Of a stretch of 64,000 nt of DNA, positions 46,172 through 54,479 are shown piece by piece. The notes under the pieces were generated by a model. It was not told the DNA's origin, searched no databases, and saw only the letters and a program-made list of their open reading frames with translations. The stretch is from an uncultured Candidatus Rokubacteria bacterium (GTDB taxonomy: Bacteria; Methylomirabilota; Methylomirabilia; Rokubacteriales; DASRDR01), in assembly GCA_963708025.1 (NCBI GenBank), contig CAVPSB010000012.1, positions 384,001-448,000 on the forward strand, given 5' to 3'. The stretch's first letter is position 1; each line of letters starts with the position of its first letter. The position numbers and the translations under genes were made by a program.

Positions 46172-47000
46172 GCCGAACGAGCGGCCGGCCTGGGACGGCG
46201 TGATCGAGTGGCCGGTTCCCGACCGTGCCCGCAAGCCGCGGGAGAGCGGCTGGACGATGGTGATCGACAAGGTGCTCGGCCTTCACGTCATCGACGACCT
46301 GATGCAGGTCGCCGCCCCGGTGATCGACGTCGTGAAGCTCACGTTCGGGACCTCGGCCTTCTTCGGCTACGACCTGCTGAAGGAGAAGGTCCGGACCATC
46401 GTCGCCCACGGCGTGGACTGCATGCCCGGCGGCACCCTCGGCGAGGTCGCGCTCTGGCAAGGGGCCTACGACCGGTATCTCGATCGGGCTCGGGCCCTCG
46501 GCTTCACCGCGATGGAGGTCTCCGACGGCACGATCGAGATGGACGCGAAGACCCGGGCGGAGGCCATCACCCGGGCGGTGAAGGCCGGCTTCCGGGTGCT
46601 GTCCGAGGTCGGCAAGAAGGACCCGAGCGACGCCCAGCCGATGGCCGTCCTGGCCGACACCGTGAACGCCGACCTCGACCACGGCGCCTTCATGGTCATC
46701 ATGGAGGCCCGGGAGGCGGGCAAGGGGGTCGGCATCTACGACGCCTCCGGCCTGCCGAAGGAAGCCGAGATCGACGCGTTCCTGGCGGGCGTCCGGGACC
46801 CCGCGCGCATCCTCTGGGAGGCGCCGCTCGGCCCCCAGCAGCGCTACCTCGTCCTCCGCTTCGGCCCCAACGTGAGCCTCGGCAACGTCGCGCCCGAGGA
46901 CATCCTGGCCCTGGAGGCGCTCCGCTGCGGCCTCCGGGGGGACACGCTGAAGCGGGCGTGGCTGGCCAACCGAGATTACCGCCCGCGTGGCGCCGGCTAA
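46164..47000 (+). CDS. comA: Phosphosulfolactate synthase
   Basis: RKPRESGWTMVIDK, D.VKL.FGTS, GGTL.E, EVSDGTI, VLSEVGKK, EARE.G, WEAP, FGPNV.LGN, LE.LR.GLRGDT. Confidence 0.92.
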   Translation: MTEPNERPAWDGVIEWPVPDRARKPRESGWTMVIDKVLGLHVIDDLMQVAAPVIDVVKLTFGTSAFFGYDLLKEKVRTIVAHGVDCMPGGTLGEVALWQGAYDRYLDRARALGFTAMEVSDGTIEMDAKTRAEAITRAVKAGFRVLSEVGKKDPSDAQPMAVLADTVNADLDHGAFMVIMEAREAGKGVGIYDASGLPKEAEIDAFLAGVRDPARILWEAPLGPQQRYLVLRFGPNVSLGNVAPEDILALEALRCGLRGDTLKRAWLANRDYRPRGAG

Positions 47001-47005
47001 ACATC

Positions 47006-47281
47006 ATGTTCAACAACATGACCACGGGCAAGGGCACGCCGGTCGTGGATCCCCGGGTGCGCCGACCGCATGGCGCTGGGATGGGAGTACAACTTCGCGA
47101 GCCCGCGCCACTCGACGCTGCTCCACCGTCCGGGGCGTTCTCGGGGTTCGTCGCCTGCGCTGTGCTCGTGCCGGGGCGCAACGTCGGCGTGTTCGTCGCC
47201 ACCAACCGCGACGCCGACCTCCTCCGGCTCATCGGGCTGATGGCCAGCGTGAACATGGTCGCGGGGATCGCGCCCCGCTGA
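47006..47281 (+). pseudogene. Possible C-terminal remnant of a serine hydrolase (beta-lactamase-like)
   Basis: GMG...SGAFSGFVA.AVLVPGRNVGVFVATNR resembles the H/K-T-G..GF...P....G..V.TN strand; no SxxK. Confidence 0.45.
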
Positions 47282-47307
47282 TCCGACCGGCGCCGCTCGC
47301 GAGCCCC

Positions 47308-50053
47308 CTACTCGATCCGCAAGCCCCGGGGGAGGGCGTCGCCGAGGACCAGCCGCTGCTCGTCCTCGCGGAGCGGGCCGCCCTCGCGAACCAGCTCGAC
47401 GTGGTGCGCCGCGGCCCCCCGCTCGACGAGCCAGGCCGCCACCGCCTGGCGCCGGGTGGCCGGCAGGTCGCGGTAGCGGTCGCCGGTGCGGCGGGCGAGC
47501 TGGACGAGGTGGAAGGGCGTGCCCGGGTCCGGGAGCCCGAGCGCCACGAGGCGACCGACCCAGTCCTCCACCACCTCGGCCGGCACGAGCGCGTTCAGCG
47601 GCCCGTACACCGGGACGCGGGCCCCGAGGCGGCCGAGCGCCCAGAGGGCGGCCTCGCGGAGGACGGGCTCCCGGCTCCGGCCGGCCAGGTCGAGCGCCAG
47701 CCCGCCCAGCTCGACCTTCGCGCTCGCCGGCAGGAGCTCGAGGGCGCCGAGGAGCCGCCAGACCTCCGCGCGCTCGTGGAGCCCCGTCCGGCCGGCCGGC
47801 TCCCGCAGCGCGGCGGTGAGCGGGCCGGCTAGCGTCTGCTGCTGGCCGGCGGTCATGCCCCCGGCGGTCCGGCGCCAGAGGATCCACCACTCGGCGCGGC
47901 AGCCCTCGTTCCGCGGGTGCGCGACCCCGCCCGCGAAGAGCCGCCAGGTCTGGGCCACCCGCCAGTCGTCGAGCGCCAGGCCGAAGCCGGGGCGGAGGGT
48001 GTAGCCGGTCAGGTTGAGCCAGCGCGTCTCGTGCGCCGGTGACCGGCGGCGGCAGTCGCCGGCCTCGCGGAGCGCGTCCCACAGGCTGCGCAGGAGCGTC
48101 GGGGGCCACTGGGCGCGGCCGAGCTCGGTGGCCGCCTCGAGCCGCTTGACGAGGCCGCCGGGGTCCGCCGCCGGACTCCCCGGCGCGGGCCCGAAGGCCT
48201 GGCGGACCAGGTCGGCCGCCCGCGTCCGGACCGCCTCGTCGAGGATCCCCCCGGCCTCGCCCGCGGCGTCGGCGTCCCGGCCGCCGCGCGGCCCGCCCCG
48301 CGCGTCGAACTGGAGCCGCCAGCGCCGGTCCCCGGAGAGCTCCGCGCACCAGAGGTCGAGGGTGCCGATCTCTGTCAGCCGCGCGTGGAGCCGGACCGGC
48401 ACCGCGGCCGCCGCGCTCCGCTTGCCGGACTGGAGCACGGTGCGGATCGGCGGCAGTGGCGTCAGCTCTCGCGGTCGACGACCACCAGCGCGCCCGCGCG
48501 GTCCCCGGTGCGCGTCGTGGACAGGAAGAGCGGGAACTCGACCGGCTGGCGGATCAGCAGCTCGAAGGTCTGCGGCAGCTCGGTCTCCTCGCCCTCCTCG
48601 GTGCCGGCGGGCACGAGGCACACCGCCTCCGCCGCCGTCGCCTCGCGGCGCGCCACGCCGACGTAGTACGCCTGGGCGAGGCCGCCGGCGATCCGGACGC
48701 CCTCGCCGCGGCGCACCATGCCGTAGTACGCCGCCCCCCGCGCGACGGCCAGGTCGAGCCGGTCGCTGGCGAGCCGCTCCGGGCGGCCCTCGCCGTACCA
48801 GCTCTGGAGGACCTCGGCCAGCCGCCGCTGCAGCGCGGGCGAGTCGAAGACGCCGCCGTTGAAGAGCACGAGGTCGGGCGCCGCCCCGGCCGGGCGGTGC
48901 GCCCGCAGGAACGCCGCCAGGTAGCGCGTGATGGCCGGGTCGGGCGCGTAGGGGAGGCCGAACTCCTGGAAGCCCGCGCGCCGGGCGGCCGGCACGTCGT
49001 CGGGGCCGACCCGCGGGAAGAAGCCGTCGACGAGCAGGGCCTCGGCCTCCGCGCGGCCGACCTCGACCTGGCGCGCGCCGCCGATCAGGCGGGTGCCGGC
49101 CACCGCGACGTTGACGGCGAGCCGCTCGGGGGCGTCTCGCCCAGGAGCGGCTCCTTGACCTCGCGGCACCGGCGGACCAGCACGCCCCAGTCGCGCGGCG
49201 CCAGCTCGCCCTCGGGCCCCAGCCGCTGCTCGACGTGGTGGGCCAGGGCCAGGTCGAGGTTGTCGCCGCCGAGGATCAGGTGCTCGCCGACGGCCACGCG
49301 ATGGAACCGGAGCCCGCCGCCCGCCCCGCTCCCGCTGGAGCTCGCGGGACCCGATCAGCGTGAAGTCGGAGGTGCCGCCGCCGATGTCGCAGACCAGGAT
49401 CTTCTGGCCCGCGGCCACCCGCTCGGCCCACTTGTCGCCCTGGCGCTAGATCCAGGCGTAGAAGGCGGCCTGCGGCTCCTCGATCAGCACGACCCGCGGC
49501 AGCCCGGCCCGGGCGGCGGCCTTGACGGTCAGCTCGCGGGCCACCTCGTCGAACGAGGCCGGCAGCGTGAGCACGACGTCCTGCGCCTCGAGCGGATGGG
49601 CCGGGTGGCGGTCGTCCCAGGCGTCGCGCACGTGGGCCAGGTAGCGACCGCTGACCTCGACCGGCGAGAGCCGCTCGACGTCGGCGGCGCCGTGCCACGG
49701 CAGGAGCGGGGCCGTGCGGTCCACGCCGGCGTGGCAGAGCCAGGACTTGGCCGAGGCGATCAGCCGGCCGGGGACGGCGGCCCCGTGGTCGCGGGCGAAG
49801 ACGCCGACCGCGTGGTCCGGCTCCCCGGCGTGCCAGGGCAGCCGCAGCGCGCCCGCCGGGAGCTCCCCGGCGGCCGGCTGGTAGTGGAACGACGGGAGCG
49901 TGTCCCGCGCCTCGACCCGCCCGGGGCCACCAACTGCGGGAGGGGGACATCCTCGACGTCCACGGCTCGGCCCGCCGTGTCGACGTAGGCGACCGCCGAG
50001 TTCGTCGTGCCCAGGTCGATGCCGACGACGAACCGCGCGGCCTCGCAGCTCAC
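47308..50053 (-). CDS. Non-canonical Hsp70-family protein with C-terminal DUF3731-like helical extension (multiple frameshifts, one in-frame TAG at 49446)
   Basis: GIDLGTTNS, SAKSWLCH, TLPASFDE, EEPQAA, DIGGGTSD, LGGDNLD, LFNGGVF, AVARGAA, RWLNLTGYTLRPGFG, EWWILWRR; GTG overlaps the upstream stop. Confidence 0.85.
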
Positions 50054-51907
50054 GCAGCCGGGGTCTCCTCCCGGACGCTGAACTCCAGCTTCCACCGGTC
50101 CGCCGACACCTGGCTCACGCACCACAGCTCGAAGACGCCCAGCTCGGTGATCCGCGAGTGGAAGCGGACCGGCACGGCCCCTTGCTCGGCGCTCGCCGCC
50201 GGCGGGAGCGTGGCCTCCAGCGAGTCGGTCTCGGCCAGCTCGCCCTCGGCCCAGCGCCGCAGCACGTCGCCGGGCTGGTCGTGCTTCCGCACCGGGAGCT
50301 GAAGAAGCGGAACTGGGCCGGCTCGCCCGACGACCAGGCCGATACTCGCCGAGGGCACGTCGGCCTCGGTGCCTTCCTCCATGCCGATGGGCACCACGCA
50401 CAGCGCCGGCAGCGGCCGCGGGGCCCCGGGGACCGCCAGGCCGGCGGTCTCGATGCCGACGTAGTACGCCCGGGCCGTGCCGCCGCGGATGCGCACGCCG
50501 CCGCCCTGCTTGACCCAGCCGTAGTAGGCCGCGCCGCGGGCGACGGCGTGGTCGAGGTCGGGCGCCGCCTCCAGGGCGACGCGGCGGCCGCGGCCGGGAA
50601 CCAGCGGCCGAGCACCTCCAGCAGCGCGCTCGCGCAGGGCCTCGGCCTTGAACACGCCGCCGTTGAAGAGCACGTGCGTCGGCCGGGCCGGCCCGGCCTT
50701 CGCCGTGGACCTGCGAGGAACGCGGCCAGGTGCCGGGTGACGGCCGTGTCGGACTCGAACGGCAGGCCGAGCTCCCGGAAGCCGGACGCCCGCCGCCGGG
50801 CCGGCCGCTCGTCGAGGCCGGCGAGCGGGAAGAAGCCGTCCACCAGCAGGGCCGCCGCGCTCTTCCGCGTCGACTTCGACCGAGACCGTGCCGCCGATCA
50901 GCCTGCTGCCGCGGCCGAGGACGGCGACCGGATGGCTGTCCGGCCCGCCCGCGGCCAGGAGCGCTTCCTTGGCCGCGCGGCACGAGTGCCACAGGGCGAC
51001 CGACTGCCAGGGATCGAGGCCGACGCCCCTCTCGGCGAAGGCGCCGGCGACGAGGTGGGCCAGGGCCAGGTCCATGTTGTCGCCGCCGACCAGCAGGTGG
51101 TTGCCGACGGCGATCCGCCGCAGCACCAGCTCGCCCTCCTCCTCGGCCACGCCGACCAGCGTCAGGTCGGTCGTGCCGCCGCCCACGTCGCAGACCAGGA
51201 GCATGTCGCCGACGGCGACCCGCCGCCGCCAGCGCTCGCCGGTGTCGGCCAGCCAGGCGTAGACGGCGGCCTGCGGCTCTTCGAGCAGGACGAGCGTCTC
51301 GGGCAGGCCGGCGGCCAGCGCCGCCTCGCGCGTCAGCTCGCGCGCGCTGGCGTCGAACGAGGCGGGCACGGTGAGCACGACCTGCTGCTCGGCGAGCGGG
51401 GCGTCGGGCAACGCCGCCTCCCAGGCCGCGACCAGGTGCTCCAGGTAGCGCCGCGAGGCCGCGACCGGCGAGACCTTGGCGACCTCGGCCGGGGCGTTCC
51501 AGGGCAGGATCGGCCTGGCGCCGATCCACCGCGGTGTAGGCCAGCCACGACTTGGCCGCCGCGACCGTGCGGTCCGGCACCTCGGCCGCCTGGCGCCGGG
51601 CGAGCTCGCCGACCCCCCAGCTCCGGCCCCGGCTCCAGGGGAGGTCGAGCGTCCCGGCCCGGGCCTCCTCGTCCCTCCCGAGATAGAGGAACGAGGGCAG
51701 CATCGGCCGCGCCTCGACCGTCGCCGGGGCGACGAGCTGGGGAACGGCGAGCAGCACCGGCCGGGCGTCCGCCTCCGGGTCGAGCGGCGCGAAGGCGAGG
51801 ACGCTGTTGGTGGTGCCGAGATCGATGCCGACCGCGTACTTTACCGGCCCGGGCCGGGGCCCGGTCCTACCCGCGGGCACCGACGGCTCCGCTGTCCCCA
51901 GGCTCAC
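50050..51907 (-). CDS. Non-canonical Hsp70-family protein (multiple frameshifts)
   Basis: GIDLGTTNS, AAKSWL, TVPASFD, EEPQAA, DVGGGTTD, VGGDNMD, LFNGGVF, AVARGAA, ITELGVFELWC..WKLEFSVR. Confidence 0.85.
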
Positions 51908-52518
51908 CGGATCTCGACCTCTGCCGGGGCGATCACCCGCGCCGCCGCCGGGCTCCCCGTCCAGACGGGGAGCTCCACGCGCGTCGCCTCCCAGCCGGGG
52001 TGCCGGAGCGTGCCGCGATACGGCGGCTGGCCCGCTACCTTGCCGGTGAGCCGCAGGGCGGCGGCGTCGAACCCGGGCGGGACGCCGACGTCCGCGCCTT
52101 CCGGCTCCTGGCGCAGCGGGCGCACGGCGAAGAGCCGCTCGAGGACGGCGGCGCCGTCCCGCTGGACGTCGCGGACGACCGCGCCGATCTGGGCGTCGCT
52201 GTAGCCGTCCAGGGATTCTTTGAAGAAGTCCACGAGCCGAGCCTCCTGCTGGAGGATGCCGAGGAGGCTCAGGGCCTCGCTGCGGGCCGGCGGGGCCGGC
52301 TTCGGCTCGGCGCGGACGGCGGGCGCTGGCTCGGGGCGGACGGCCGGCGCCGCCGCCGGCTGCGGGGCCGCGAGCCGCTCGGCCGCCGCCGGGTCGCGCA
52401 GCACCCGCCACGCGAGGCGGAGCCGCGGGCCGGCCCACGCCGCGACGACGAGGGCGACCAGGCCGATCACGGCCAGGAGGCCCACCAGCACCGCGAGGAC
52501 GATCGGGATCCCGTTCAT
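51904..52518 (-). CDS. DUF2760-domain membrane-anchored protein
   Basis: N-terminal TM, Pro/Ala linker, AL.LL..LQQEARLVDFF.E.L..YSDAQIGA.VR, RLTG.V.G.PPY.G.L.H.GW, IAPAEVE; SD GAGGAG. Confidence 0.85.
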   Translation of the reverse strand: MNGIPIVLAVLVGLLAVIGLVALVVAAWAGPRLRLAWRVLRDPAAAERLAAPQPAAAPAVRPEPAPAVRAEPKPAPPARSEALSLLGILQQEARLVDFFKESLDGYSDAQIGAVVRDVQRDGAAVLERLFAVRPLRQEPEGADVGVPPGFDAAALRLTGKVAGQPPYRGTLRHPGWEATRVELPVWTGSPAAARVIAPAEVEIR

Positions 52519-52724
52519 GCTTCGCTCCTCATGCAGACTAGGGTACCAGCGCCCGGCCCGCCGTGCTGCCGGCGTGTAAGCTCTGGACCGGCGTGGCGTT
52601 CCACCTGCCCGGGGGGCTGCGGGTCGAGGCGGAGACGGCGCCGCCCGCGGCTTACCACGCGCTCCTCCACGCCCTCACCGGCTCGGAGGCCCACCGGGCG
52701 CGCCTGGTCGAGCGGGCGGCCCGG

Positions 52725-52901
52725 CTCGGGCTCGTCGTGGGGCTGTCGGTGCCGCCGACCGTGCCGAGCTGGGGGAACATGCTGGCCGACGGGCGGAGCT
52801 ACCTGACGACGTCGTGGTGAATCGCCACGTTTCCCGGGCTGGCCATCCTGGGAGCGACCACCGGCATCAACCTCCTCGGCGACTGGCTGCGCCAGCTCTG
52901 A
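52725..52901 (+). pseudogene. C-terminal remnant of a DppC/OppC-type ABC permease
   Basis: GLSVPP..PSWGNMLADGRSYLTTSW*IATFPGLAI....GINLLGDWLR with in-frame TGA at 52818-52820. Confidence 0.8.
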
Positions 52902-52953
52902 GCCCCCGGCTCCTCTTGTAACCTCTTCGCCGTCTGTGCGATTCTAGGGGCCC

Positions 52954-54462
52954 GTGCGCTACGGCTTCGTCATCGACCAGACCCGCTGCATCGGCTGTCA
53001 CGCCTGTACCGTCGCCTGCAAGGAAGAGAACCGGGTGCCCCTCGGCGCGTTCCGGACCTGGGTCAAGTACGTCGAGAAGGGCGAGTTCCCGAACACGCGA
53101 CGGCACTTCGCGGTCCTCCGCTGCAACCACTGTGACAATGCGCCGTGCGTGACCATCTGTCCGACCGTGGCCCTGTACCGCCGGGCCGACGGCATCGTGG
53201 ACTTCGACGGCGACCGCTGCATCGGCTGCAAGTCGTGCATGCAGGCCTGCCCCTACGACGCGCTCTACATCGACCCCGACACCCTCACCGCGGCCAAGTG
53301 CCACTTCTGCGCCCACCGGGTGGAGCGCGGGCTCGAGCCGGCGTGCGTCATCGTCTGTCCCGAGCGGGCGATCCTGGCCGGCGATCTCGACGACCCGGCG
53401 AGCGAGGTCGCCCGCATCGTCGCCCGCGCGCAGGTCGCGGTCCGGAAGCCGGAGCAGGGAACCCGACCCAAGCTCTTCTACGTAGGTGCCGACGCCGCCG
53501 CGCTGACGCCGCAGATGCTGCAGCCGGCCGAGGCCTTCCTGTGGGGGCAGCCGCGGCATCCCGCGGCGCCGGTCTCCGAGGACGGGGCGCCGGACCGGCG
53601 CGCGACCCCGAAGGCGGTGGAGACGCTCGGCCGCACGGTCTACGACGTGCCGCACGAGCCCCGGCCCTGGGGCTGGCGGGTCTCGGCGTACCTCTGGACC
53701 AAGTCCATCGCGGCCGGGGTGGCGCTCGTCGCCGGCCTCGGGACTCTCGGCCGGTGGCCGAAGGCCGGCGGGGTCGGGCTGCCGCTCCTGGCGCTCCTCT
53801 TCCTGCTGCTCACGACGGTCCTGCTGGTCGCCGACCTCAAGCGCCCCGACCGGTTCCACTACATCCTCTTCAAGGCGAATCCCCGGTCGTGGCTCGTCTG
53901 GGGCGCGTGGATCCTCATGGGCTTCGGCCTCGTCCTGGGGCTCTGGCTGGTGGCGGTCGTGACCGGGCGCCCGGCCCTGCTCGCGCTCCTGGCGGTCCCC
54001 CTCGTCGCGCTCGCGCTGGCGGCGGCCGGTTACAGCGCGCTCCTGTTCGCCCAGGCCGAGGGGCGCGACGCCTGGCAGAGCCCGCTCGTCCTGCCCCACC
54101 TCCTCGTGACGGCGCCGATGGCGGGGGCGGCGGCCGCGCTCGTCATGTACGGGCCGAGCCCGGTGCTCCGGGGCGGTTTCCTGGCCGCCCTCGGTGCGGG
54201 GCTGCTGCTGATCCTGGCCGAGCTGTACACGCCCCACGCTAACGTGGACGCCGCCGCGGCGGCACGGGCGATCACCCACGGACCATCGCGGCCGGGGTTC
54301 TGGGGCGGCGTGGTGATCGGCGGCCACCTGCTCCCGGCGTTCCTGCTCCTCGTCTGGCCCTCGGGGGCCACGGCGGCCATCGCCGGCCTGCTTGCGCTCG
54401 GCGGCCTCTATCTCTGGGAAGACTGCTGGGTGAAGGCCGGCCAGACCCCAGCTCTGAGCTGA
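52954..54462 (+). CDS. 4Fe-4S electron-transfer subunit (DmsB/NrfC-like) fused to an NrfD/PsrC membrane anchor
   Basis: CIGCHACTVAC, CNHCDNAPCVTICP, CIGCKSCMQACPY, CHFC..PACVIVCP; then WGWRVSAYLW, DL.RPDRF, SWLVWGAW and ~8 TM segments. Confidence 0.92.
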   Translation: MRYGFVIDQTRCIGCHACTVACKEENRVPLGAFRTWVKYVEKGEFPNTRRHFAVLRCNHCDNAPCVTICPTVALYRRADGIVDFDGDRCIGCKSCMQACPYDALYIDPDTLTAAKCHFCAHRVERGLEPACVIVCPERAILAGDLDDPASEVARIVARAQVAVRKPEQGTRPKLFYVGADAAALTPQMLQPAEAFLWGQPRHPAAPVSEDGAPDRRATPKAVETLGRTVYDVPHEPRPWGWRVSAYLWTKSIAAGVALVAGLGTLGRWPKAGGVGLPLLALLFLLLTTVLLVADLKRPDRFHYILFKANPRSWLVWGAWILMGFGLVLGLWLVAVVTGRPALLALLAVPLVALALAAAGYSALLFAQAEGRDAWQSPLVLPHLLVTAPMAGAAAALVMYGPSPVLRGGFLAALGAGLLLILAELYTPHANVDAAAAARAITHGPSRPGFWGGVVIGGHLLPAFLLLVWPSGATAAIAGLLALGGLYLWEDCWVKAGQTPALS

Positions 54463-54479
54463 CGCGGAGACCCCCGACC

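Noticed and set aside
49446-49448. In-frame TAG as pyrrolysine
   Set aside because: Non-catalytic position in an error-rich region; no pyl genes in the window.
52818-52820. In-frame TGA as selenocysteine or Trp recoding
   Set aside because: It replaces a Trp in a truncated permease relic; TGA is used as a normal stop throughout the window; no evident SECIS.
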